NCBI GenBank assembly: GCA_022646745.1
Contig: CP060262.1
Location: 1,140,001 to 1,172,000 of the forward strand
Direction: 5' to 3'
Length of the DNA stretch: 32,000 nt
Source of the DNA: Planctomycetales bacterium
Lineage (GTDB): Bacteria; 4484-113; JAFGCY01
Shown: positions 15,295 through 22,232 of the stretch, in pieces
How positions within the stretch are numbered: the stretch's first letter is position 1
How the letters are laid out: every line of letters begins with the position of its first letter
Position numbers and translations under genes: made by a program
The notes under the pieces: generated by a model
Databases searched by the model: none
What the model was told of the DNA's origin: nothing
Seen by the model: the letters and a program-made list of their open reading frames with translations, nothing else

Positions 15295-15393
15295 ACATCC
15301 TTAAATGCTGATTGCGCGGACGGGCACCCTATCCAATGGGAGATGTCCCATCAACCCGACCCGGATGCGCGAATGCGCAGCCGCAGGGTCAGA

Positions 15394-15417
15394 CCCTCGA
15401 GTGCTCGCACGAGAGGG
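15394..15417. repeat. 24-nt hairpin motif CCCT-CGAGTGCT-C-GCACGAG-AGGG (second copy at 20837-20860)
   Basis: Both copies share the same inner 15 nt. The outer 4 bp covary (CCCT/AGGG vs CCGC/GCGG). Confidence 0.55.
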
Positions 15418-15510
15418 CATGAGAATTCGTCACTTCAGCGCGACCCGGCGAAACTTGCTTTCGCCGCAGCGCCAGACCAGTGAGCGCTTGCGCGAGCTGG
15501 AAGATCAATC

Positions 15511-15535
15511 ACGACTGACGCTTCGCGTCAGTCGT
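15511..15535 (-). terminator. Hairpin overlapping the lexA stop codon (11-bp perfect stem, 3-nt loop)
   Basis: Sequence reads acgactgacgc-ttc-gcgtcagtcgt. On the minus strand it is followed by GATTGATCTTCC, a weak U-tract. Confidence 0.55.
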
Positions 15536-16148
15536 ACTGCCGGATCAGGCTCTTGAGCTTGCCGAGCACGCGGATCTCGTTGAAGTACATGTCCGGGTAA
15601 AGCGGGTTGGCGGCCTTCAGCACAACTCGACCCGCCTGGCGGAAGAAGAACTTCACTGTGGCCTCGTCCTCCACCATTGCGGCGACGATGTCGCCGGTGC
15701 TGGCGGTCTGCTGCTCACGGAAGATCGCGATGTCCCCTTCCTTGATGCCGGCGTTGATCATGGAGTCGCCCTTCACACGCAGGGCGAACAGGTTGCCGCC
15801 TTCATGCTGCATGTTGTCCATCGGCATGTTGACGTAGTCCTCCACGTTGTGGTCGGCATAGGTCATCACACCGGCGGCGATGCGGCCGAGGATCGGGATC
15901 CGCGCCGCCTCCTCCACGCCAAGCACCTGCTTACCGCGCTGGCCGAGCAGGATGCTGCGGCTGCGGTTGCGCGCCCTTTCAATCAGGCCCTTCTTCTCGA
16001 GTGCCACGACATGGTCATAGGCACCCTTGACGCTGCAGTCGAACTTGCCGGCGATATCACGGATGGAAGGCGCATAGCCGTTGCCTTCGATGAAATCGGC
16101 AATGTACTGCAGCACTTCGCGCTGCTTGTCTGTGACACGTTTGGCCAT
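15528..16148 (-). CDS. lexA: LexA repressor (SOS regulator, S24 self-cleaving peptidase)
   Basis: The N-terminal winged helix is TDKQREVLQYIADFIEGNGYAPSIRDIAGKF. The Ala-Gly cleavage region is GRIAAGV. The Ser and Lys of the catalytic dyad sit in VKGDSMINAGI and VLGKL. Confidence 0.95.
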   Translation of the reverse strand: MAKRVTDKQREVLQYIADFIEGNGYAPSIRDIAGKFDCSVKGAYDHVVALEKKGLIERARNRSRSILLGQRGKQVLGVEEAARIPILGRIAAGVMTYADHNVEDYVNMPMDNMQHEGGNLFALRVKGDSMINAGIKEGDIAIFREQQTASTGDIVAAMVEDEATVKFFFRQAGRVVLKAANPLYPDMYFNEIRVLGKLKSLIRQYD

Positions 16149-16154
16149 AACAAA

Positions 16155-16183
16155 ATTATACTAATCACATTAGTACTTGTCAA
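16155..16183 (-). promoter_or_regulatory. Consensus sigma70 promoter of lexA; predicted leaderless or near-leaderless transcript
   Basis: The minus strand reads TTGACA (16178-16183), a 17-nt spacer, then TATAAT (16155-16160). Only 6 nt (tttgtt) separate the -10 from the ATG at 16148, and there is no SD. Confidence 0.75.
16159..16175. promoter_or_regulatory. Candidate LexA operator: perfect palindrome TACTAAT-N3-ATTAGTA in the promoter spacer
   Basis: TACTAATCACATTAGTA was read directly. It overlaps the -10 and fills the -35/-10 spacer of lexA itself, the classic autoregulatory position. Confidence 0.6.
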
Positions 16184-16216
16184 GTGTTTATGACACGATT
16201 TTCAAGAATTGGAAAA

Positions 16217-18646
16217 TCAGGGGGTTACAGAGGGGTCTTCTTCAAGTAGCCGCCTGGCAAGCCGGCTGAGTTCTTCCGTTGAGAGGCCATACTCGCGCAG
16301 CCGCCCATCGTCGTGCAGGGTCCAGAGCCTTGTGCCGGCACTATCCCAGTGAAGGTCCAGCAGGTCGCCTGCCCGCGGGTTCAGCCAGGCGATTGCCTGA
16401 TTCTCAGCAGCACAATCCAGCAGGCCAATCATTCCGGCACCATGGTCAGCCAGCAGCAGGCTGCCCTGCGGGGCAAAACCGAAGCTGACAGGATTGTCAA
16501 AGTGGAAATCACCGTGCTCACGTGTAGTGGAGCGGATCACAGGCAGCCTGTCCCAGCCATCCTCCCAGCGCCAGAGCTCCACTACAGCAGAGGTGCTGCT
16601 TGCGGCAACCGTTGTGGAACCAGCACTGAAGGAAATGTTTCCGTACAAGCGGCCGCCCCGCGCTTCAAGCAGGCCCTTTCTTTCACTGCCACGCCGCTCC
16701 ATCACCATCAGCTTGCCCCTGCTGCTAACCTGGGCAATCAGGCTTGAATCCGGACTGAAGCATACTGACTGTTCATCCTTCCAGCCGTACAGGTCATGCA
16801 CCAGTGCTTCCTCGCTCTGTCCCAGCAGTCTGAAATCCGGCACACTCCATATATATGAGCGACCTGCATATGTGGCGCAAGCCAGGAGCTCCCCGTCCGG
16901 GCTGAATGCCAGGCTGCCTGCACCGCCCTGCCAGATATCAAGGCTGGACAGCAGGCTGGCATCATCGGCCATATCAAACACATCCAGCTGCTCGCCATAG
17001 CCGCATAGTGCCAGCAGGCTGCCATCTCCATTCCAGGCGCAGGCTAGGTACTTTAGCTTTTCGTCATCACCCAGCGAGTGGAGCAGGCTGCCATCAGCAC
17101 AGGAATAGACTTGGGCAATGGCGTTGTTGTCAAGGCAGCAGATGTAGTTGCCATCAGGGCTGAAGGGATTGTCCGGCGGAAGATGGAGTCCAGGTAAGCG
17201 GATGATCGCTCCAGTCCCTGTTTCCAGCAGGCTTACCGTTTTGCGGAACTCCGGAAAGCTCTCCACGGCAATGTAGCGGCCGTCCGGACTGCCGGCCATT
17301 TCATGAATCTCTCCCTGCCCCGTTTCAATGCGGATTGCGGGATCGAAGCAGTCCAGCAGGTGCAGCCCACCGGCGGAGTCAGCAACTGCAAGGTAGCGCG
17401 AATCATCACTCCAGGCCAGATGCTTTGGATCCGCGATGGAGAATGGCAGCTGCACAACCCTTCTGGACCTGACACGGGTGTTGATCATTGCCAGGTTGCC
17501 ATCGCTCGAGCCAAAGGCCAGCCAGTTTCCATCGGGACTGTACTCCATTGCCAGCAGGAAGAAGCTTTCGTAGTCATAATCTCCGCTGCCAAGCAACTTG
17601 CGGTCCTCAAGTGCCCAGATCCGTAACTTGCCATCCCAGCTGAAGGTTGAGAACCTCTCATCCTTCCGGTTCCAGGCAATCCGCATTACCGCCTCGGAAT
17701 GCTTCCGTTCGCTGGCAATCAGCCGGAAGTCCTCCGTCACATCCCAGATCATCACATAGCCATCCGCATCAGCGGAGACGAGAGTTCGACTGTCCGGCGA
17801 CCAGGCCGTGGCGCTCACGATGAAGCTGTGAACTTCAGGCAGCAGGGTTTCACTGAATCCGTCAGTGCTGTCCCAGAGCTGCAGGCGCAGGTCATATCCC
17901 CCGGCGCAGAGCCAGCGGCTGTCCGGACTCCAGCTCACAGCAGACGCACTCTTGCCACTGAGGCTTGCTTCAAGCACCGTGCTGAACTCTTCTGTTTCAA
18001 GGATGTGCATCAGCCCGGAATTACTCACAAGCGCGATGTAGCGACCGTCAGGGCTCCAGAGGGTGCGATGCAGCAGATCGCCGTCAAGCTCTATCCTGTG
18101 GCGGACCGGAAAGCCCGGCTCCACTGAGCGTATGATGGCTGTGCCGTCAAAGCTGCCGCTGGCAAGCAAGCTGCCATCGGGACTGAATGCCACTTCGGTC
18201 AGGTCCCTGTCGTGGCCCACAAGGCGATCAGTCAGCTTGAATCCCTGCTCCCGGGAGTAGATGCGCAGCAGGCCGTCATCACAGGCAGCTGCCAGCAGCT
18301 TGCCATCCGGGCTCCAGTCCAGGCTGGTCACATCATCAGCTTCCTGAAGCAGTGAAGCCGGCTGCAGCTCGCGGTTGAGCGCAGCAAACACCCGCAGTTC
18401 GGCATCCCGCCGGACCGCCTCGTCCATCTCACTGCAAAGCTCCAGTGCCTGCGTTGCCAGCGAGGCCAATTCGCCGCGGTTCAGGGCATCCGGCCTGAAC
18501 TGGTCAAGCTGCAGCAGCAGCTTATCAAGCTGGATGCATTCGCCAGGCTCCGATGGGGTTTCCGCCTGGGCATGCACATTGCCGGTCAGCATCGTTGCCA
18601 GCATGAGAAAACACAGGATTACCGGCAGCCTTGCCGTGCGGCCCAT
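16217..18646 (-). CDS. Secreted multi-WD40-repeat protein (probably two beta-propellers)
   Basis: The signal peptide is MGRTARLPVILCFLMLATMLTGNVHAQA. There are more than 12 repeats of the type GH...V..vaFSPDG.lLASgS.DG (AFSPDGSLLASGSFDG, WSPDGRYIALVSNSG, YSPDGNWLAFGSSDG, FSPDGELLACATYAG, ...). The track start at 18757 would run through the upstream terminator, so I use the Met at 18646. The Met at 18670 is also possible. Confidence 0.85.
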   Translation of the reverse strand: MGRTARLPVILCFLMLATMLTGNVHAQAETPSEPGECIQLDKLLLQLDQFRPDALNRGELASLATQALELCSEMDEAVRRDAELRVFAALNRELQPASLLQEADDVTSLDWSPDGKLLAAACDDGLLRIYSREQGFKLTDRLVGHDRDLTEVAFSPDGSLLASGSFDGTAIIRSVEPGFPVRHRIELDGDLLHRTLWSPDGRYIALVSNSGLMHILETEEFSTVLEASLSGKSASAVSWSPDSRWLCAGGYDLRLQLWDSTDGFSETLLPEVHSFIVSATAWSPDSRTLVSADADGYVMIWDVTEDFRLIASERKHSEAVMRIAWNRKDERFSTFSWDGKLRIWALEDRKLLGSGDYDYESFFLLAMEYSPDGNWLAFGSSDGNLAMINTRVRSRRVVQLPFSIADPKHLAWSDDSRYLAVADSAGGLHLLDCFDPAIRIETGQGEIHEMAGSPDGRYIAVESFPEFRKTVSLLETGTGAIIRLPGLHLPPDNPFSPDGNYICCLDNNAIAQVYSCADGSLLHSLGDDEKLKYLACAWNGDGSLLALCGYGEQLDVFDMADDASLLSSLDIWQGGAGSLAFSPDGELLACATYAGRSYIWSVPDFRLLGQSEEALVHDLYGWKDEQSVCFSPDSSLIAQVSSRGKLMVMERRGSERKGLLEARGGRLYGNISFSAGSTTVAASSTSAVVELWRWEDGWDRLPVIRSTTREHGDFHFDNPVSFGFAPQGSLLLADHGAGMIGLLDCAAENQAIAWLNPRAGDLLDLHWDSAGTRLWTLHDDGRLREYGLSTEELSRLARRLLEEDPSVTP

Positions 18647-18704
18647 ACAGTTTGTCCACCACCCAGTCATCTGTCCCCTGAGCATAGCCGATTGCCGTGC
18701 CCGC

Positions 18705-18746
18705 AGAAAACAAAAAGGGCAGCCCCCATCTTTCAGGGAGCTGCCC
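18705..18746 (-). terminator. Rho-independent terminator after BsuPI-like paralog 2
   Basis: The minus strand reads GGGCAGC-16 nt loop-GCTGCCC followed by TTTTTGTTTTCTG. Confidence 0.8.
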
Positions 18747-18790
18747 GGTTCCTCCAACCTTTCCTGTGGGCTGGCTATTTGGGAGCAGGC

Positions 18791-19462
18791 CTACTGACCG
18801 TTCATCCAGGCAATGGCCTTCATCGTCGAGGGGTGGGAGCTGCTCACGTGGCGGGCTTCCACATCCACGATGCCGTAGAGCTTGTTGCCATGGCTGTCGC
18901 GTCCGTCCCAGAGCCTGGTGTACTCGATGGTCTGGTAGGGGGCCAGGCCGCGGAACTCGGGGAACCAGGCGATCTTGTTGTCACGGAGCACCTTCTTCAG
19001 CTGGCCGTTCTGCGAGATGCTGAACTGGTAGTGACGGTCCTTGTCGTAGATCAGCAGCTTCGTCGAGGCGGAGTTATTGGTGGCCTTCAGCACGAACTTG
19101 TAGTTGCCCATGCCGTCAGTCCAGAGCTGGAAGAGCATGTCCACGCCGTTGACGTAGTCAGCACCGGCGGTGGCGACGTACCAGACTCCGCTGGTGCCGC
19201 GCTCGATGTCGCCTTCAGCCGCATCCGGGATCGCCTCACTGTCGGCGACGATGTCGGCAGCGTTGCTGACCTCGGAGTTCACATCGGCGATCTCCTCAAC
19301 CGGAGCCTCGATGTCAACCACGGGGGCGGCTGCCTGCTCGGCGGCGCCATCCAGGTCGGCCATGGCGGAAGTACCACCACCGCAGGAGGCCAGCAGGCCC
19401 AGGGCAAGCAGTACGATCACTGCCAGGATGTTCCTCATTGCGTTGTTCTTCACTGCATTCAT
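18791..19462 (-). CDS. Lipoprotein with BsuPI-like domain, paralog 2
   Basis: It has the same lipobox (LLASCGG) and the same core layout as paralog 1 (VWYVATAGADYVNGVDMLFQLWTDGMGNYKFVLKATNNS...APYQTIEYTRLWDGRDSHGN). GAGGTG SD lies upstream. Roughly 45% of aligned core positions are identical to paralog 1 by eye. Confidence 0.72.
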   Translation of the reverse strand: MNAVKNNAMRNILAVIVLLALGLLASCGGGTSAMADLDGAAEQAAAPVVDIEAPVEEIADVNSEVSNAADIVADSEAIPDAAEGDIERGTSGVWYVATAGADYVNGVDMLFQLWTDGMGNYKFVLKATNNSASTKLLIYDKDRHYQFSISQNGQLKKVLRDNKIAWFPEFRGLAPYQTIEYTRLWDGRDSHGNKLYGIVDVEARHVSSSHPSTMKAIAWMNGQ

Positions 19463-19590
19463 GTCATCACCTCATTGCTTGAAAATACTTTTCGGTCCGG
19501 TCGGAGTTCCTGCTCCCTTTGCCAAACCGCTTGTAATTCCCAGGCCCGGAGGATCGTAAACAGATATTTCGAAAAAAATCGATAATTCGT
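19463..19590 (-). promoter_or_regulatory. Conserved upstream leader/promoter element, copy 2
   Basis: See copy 1 (14864-14990). The same blocks occur in the same order and at the same distance from the SD, apart from a ~7-nt indel. Confidence 0.55.
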
Positions 19591-19620
19591 GATATTTCAC
19601 AACTGAAGCGCAGCTGCGGA

Positions 19621-19626
19621 TAGAAT
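19621..19626 (+). promoter_or_regulatory. -10 element TAGAAT placed 5 nt before the ATG (leaderless-type promoter) for the 19632 gene
   Basis: Sequence reads tagaat-cagat-ATG with no SD. The -35 is poor. Confidence 0.4.
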
Positions 19627-19631
19627 CAGAT

Positions 19632-20771
19632 ATGGGTAAATGGGGACTCAAGCACAGGCTGGCACTGGTCGCAGCCCTGTTTGTGCTGCTGGGGCTGGCT
19701 GGCCTGCAGGCATTCGCCTGGCGGCTGGTGCGCAACCCACCCGGCACGGTATACAGCCTGCTGATGACCTGCGGCTCCTGGCACTACCAGCAGATTCCGC
19801 AGGATAACCAGGGGAGGATACTGCTTCCCCAGCAGCAGGACCTGAAACTGTTTGATGAAGATCTGCAAGATTCCGTAACACTGGCTGGCAGCTTCTACTC
19901 GATGGACAACCAGCCGTTCAACCTCAGCCAGACTGGCACTGCATACGGGTACGAGCGGGATGATGGCATCTGCCGCTACGACAGCACGGGCCGGCAGGTC
20001 TGGAGTTTCAACCCGGCGGATGTGTACTGGGTCCGCTCCGTGGAAGCGCTGGATGACGGTGCCGTTGTGGTGGATGGCAGCAGCCGCCTGCTGCGCCTGG
20101 ACCAGTCAGGCAATCTCATTTGGTGGTACAAGGCCGGCGAGCAGCAACCCAGCAAGTGCGGATACCATGATGAATACATTCGCATGGCCATCGGTCCAGA
20201 TGACGTAGTTGCCTACAACACCGCAGGAGTCGCGGAAGCAGATGTTGCAGTGGTGGATGCAGAGGGCCAGCAACGCTGGGTGCTGAATGACGACGATGCA
20301 TACTTCCAGCTGGTCAGCCAGGGCCGGGTTGGCAACACCCTGTTCATCAGCTGGCATGATTACAAGAGCGATGACCACCACCTGTTTTGCTATGACTGGA
20401 AAGGTGAGCAGACAGCCAGTCATCCAATCGAGATCCGCGAGGATGACCCGGTGGCATCCAGCCCCGGTACGTTCAGTGTGGCAAACCGGGAGAATCTTTA
20501 CGTATTCGACGAGTCCGGCCAGCTGAAATGGGAGTCTGCCGGTGAAGGCTATGTGTCGGCCGCACTGCAGCTGCCGGATGGCCGCTACCTGGCGGTGCGT
20601 GACACACAGGCGCGCAGGCCTGAGATCCAGCTGTTCAATGCGGATGGGCAGCCAGGAAGAAGTGTGCTATTGCCGACAAGCATCACAATGGTGCCGCTTT
20701 TACATGACAATGGGCTGGTGTACCTGGCGCTGCGGGACCGCATAGTGGCGATTGACCCTGCGAGGTTATGA
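19632..20771 (+). CDS. Beta-propeller repeat protein (PQQ-like/BamB-like repeats) with an N-terminal signal anchor
   Basis: The N-terminal hydrophobic segment is LALVAALFVLLGLAGLQAFA. G..vW-type repeats recur about every 40-50 aa (GRQVWSFNP, GNLIWWYKAG, GQQRWVLND, GQLKWESAG). Confidence 0.65.
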   Translation: MGKWGLKHRLALVAALFVLLGLAGLQAFAWRLVRNPPGTVYSLLMTCGSWHYQQIPQDNQGRILLPQQQDLKLFDEDLQDSVTLAGSFYSMDNQPFNLSQTGTAYGYERDDGICRYDSTGRQVWSFNPADVYWVRSVEALDDGAVVVDGSSRLLRLDQSGNLIWWYKAGEQQPSKCGYHDEYIRMAIGPDDVVAYNTAGVAEADVAVVDAEGQQRWVLNDDDAYFQLVSQGRVGNTLFISWHDYKSDDHHLFCYDWKGEQTASHPIEIREDDPVASSPGTFSVANRENLYVFDESGQLKWESAGEGYVSAALQLPDGRYLAVRDTQARRPEIQLFNADGQPGRSVLLPTSITMVPLLHDNGLVYLALRDRIVAIDPARL

Positions 20772-20836
20772 GGTGAGGTGGAAGGTGTAACTTCAGCGCA
20801 ATCAGCGAGAGGCTAAGCCTTGAGCTGTATTGCAGA

Positions 20837-20860
20837 CCGCCGAGTGCTAGCACGAGGCGG
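20837..20860. repeat. 24-nt hairpin motif CCGC-CGAGTGCT-A-GCACGAG-GCGG (copy of 15394-15417)
   Basis: Read directly. It contains the 10-bp perfect palindrome GTGCTAGCAC. Confidence 0.55.
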
Positions 20861-20882
20861 CAGAGGGCAGAAAAAACAAAAA

Positions 20883-20992
20883 CCCCGGGTATCAGGTGAC
20901 TGCCGGCGCCGTAATCATCCACTTAGCGCTGCTACCTTCCGGTCCTGACGCAGTTCATAGCGATCACCCGCAACAGGCCCGATACCACGGAG
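20883..20992 (-). ncRNA. ffs: Signal recognition particle RNA, small (4.5S-type)
   Basis: The minus strand contains the universally conserved domain IV core GUCAGGACCGGAAGGUAGCAGC (GGAA tetraloop; E. coli has GUCAGGUCCGGAAGGAAGCAGC). The 5' end CUCCGUGGUAUC pairs with the 3' end GAUACCCGGGG. A UUUUUGUUUUUU tail follows. A TAGAAT -10 (20999-21004) sits 7 nt upstream of the predicted 5' end. Confidence 0.85.
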
Positions 20993-21167
20993 CTAGATAT
21001 TCTACCGCAGACAATCCATAAGTAAAGGGCAATCTTCACACTTCAGATGGTGATTTCAACTTATCCAAAAACCATCAACAAACCATAGATAAAAGGTATG
21101 GCCAGCCCCACTGAATCGCAGGAACGGCCATATGTCTGACACTTGATTTGAGGCTGGCGGGATGGGC

Positions 21168-22088
21168 TCAGGCGCTGTCGCGCACCAGGAACTCCCGGAA
21201 CCAGCCGATCTGCTGCGGCGTGGCCGGATCAGCGGCCAGCTGCGGGGCGAACTCCAGCACGAGCGCCGTCATCAGCATGAAATCCTCCTTGCTGATGCCG
21301 ACCGGCCCGGGCAATTCGAAGCTGTCCCAGCCACGCTGCGAGAAGTAACGCTCATCGCTTTGCATGCCGGACTGGTACACGAATTCCTGCACCAGCACAT
21401 CACGCACCTTGGGCTTGAGGAACACGCCATCAGTGCTCTTGAAGGCATGGATCCAGTTGTCGATCTCGCGGTAAGGCTCGTCCTTCGTCTGGATCGGCTT
21501 GACGAGGCGGTTGTGCAGCGACTCGGCGGACTCGCTGTCCAGCCGCTGCCAGTCGTCGGCGTAGCTCAGCATCACGGCCCCCAGCCAGGCACGCAGCTCG
21601 GGGTCGCTGCTGAGCACGAACCATTCGGCGTCATAGCAGCACCAGAAGCCATACAGGGCGGCGATGTCCGGCTCCATTTCAAGGCTGCCGTCCAGCACGC
21701 CGTTCATGTAGCGGCTCTTGGCCAGCTTTGTGGGCTGATTGTCGCGGTAGCCGGTCAGGTACCACTGCGGAATCGGCAGCTCCGCCATTTTGTTCTGCAT
21801 CACAGCCACTTCCGGCAAGCTGGCCAGCTGGGCCTGGATCATCGCGATCGCCTCACCGTTGGAGACGGAATCGCCCATCGCCTGTCCGCTGAGCCGCCCA
21901 AGCGCGGGTGCGACCCAGCTTGCATCGTGCTTCTGGTCGAAGTAGGGCTGCCCCGGAGCCAGGTCGGATCCGGCAATCGTGCCGCTGATATGGTCATAGA
22001 TCCCCTCCGCGCTGGCGGCGGCGGGAAGCATGATGGAAACTGCCAGCAGCATGGCCGGCAGCAGCTTCATTCCAGTGATTCTGATCAT
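21168..22088 (-). CDS. Secreted hypothetical protein (no recognisable domain)
   Basis: 306 aa with signal peptide MKLLPAMLLAVSIMLPAAASA and a strong GGGAGGAG SD. It lies downstream of the cytochrome c gene. Confidence 0.65.
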   Translation of the reverse strand: MIRITGMKLLPAMLLAVSIMLPAAASAEGIYDHISGTIAGSDLAPGQPYFDQKHDASWVAPALGRLSGQAMGDSVSNGEAIAMIQAQLASLPEVAVMQNKMAELPIPQWYLTGYRDNQPTKLAKSRYMNGVLDGSLEMEPDIAALYGFWCCYDAEWFVLSSDPELRAWLGAVMLSYADDWQRLDSESAESLHNRLVKPIQTKDEPYREIDNWIHAFKSTDGVFLKPKVRDVLVQEFVYQSGMQSDERYFSQRGWDSFELPGPVGISKEDFMLMTALVLEFAPQLAADPATPQQIGWFREFLVRDSA

Positions 22089-22170
22089 GGTTCTCCTCCC
22101 ACATTCATGATTTCCTGGTGCTGTATCAGACCGGGAAATCCGCGCTGGCGTTCCATCCGCCAGATAGACC

Positions 22171-22197
22171 GAAGGCCCGGGCAGTACCCGGGCCTTC
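22171..22197 (-). other. Strong intercistronic hairpin (11-bp perfect GC-rich stem, 5-nt loop)
   Basis: Sequence reads gaaggcccggg-cagta-cccgggccttc and lies between the cytochrome c stop and the 306-aa ORF. There is no good U-tract, so an attenuator, stabiliser or partial terminator is possible. Confidence 0.55.
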
Positions 22198-22232
22198 CAG
22201 TGAATCGCGGTTTCTAAGACGTAGCTATGTCG

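Noticed and set aside
15211-15556. ORFs 15211-15483 and 15305-15556 (+) inside the long non-coding gap
   Set aside because: There is no SD, the composition is atypical (Arg/Ser-rich), and they cross the inverted repeat and hairpin motifs. The region is more likely non-coding or structural.
18647-18757. N-terminal extension of the WD40 ORF to 18757
   Set aside because: It would overlap the rho-independent terminator of the upstream gene (18705-18746). The Met at 18646 begins a textbook signal peptide.
21162-22217. 351-aa plus-strand ORF and 27485-28336, 31044-31862 plus-strand ORFs
   Set aside because: They are antisense shadows of the secreted protein and the TPR-TIR genes. Their products are low-complexity, rich in Gly, Leu, Ala, Val, Arg, Gln, Asp and His.
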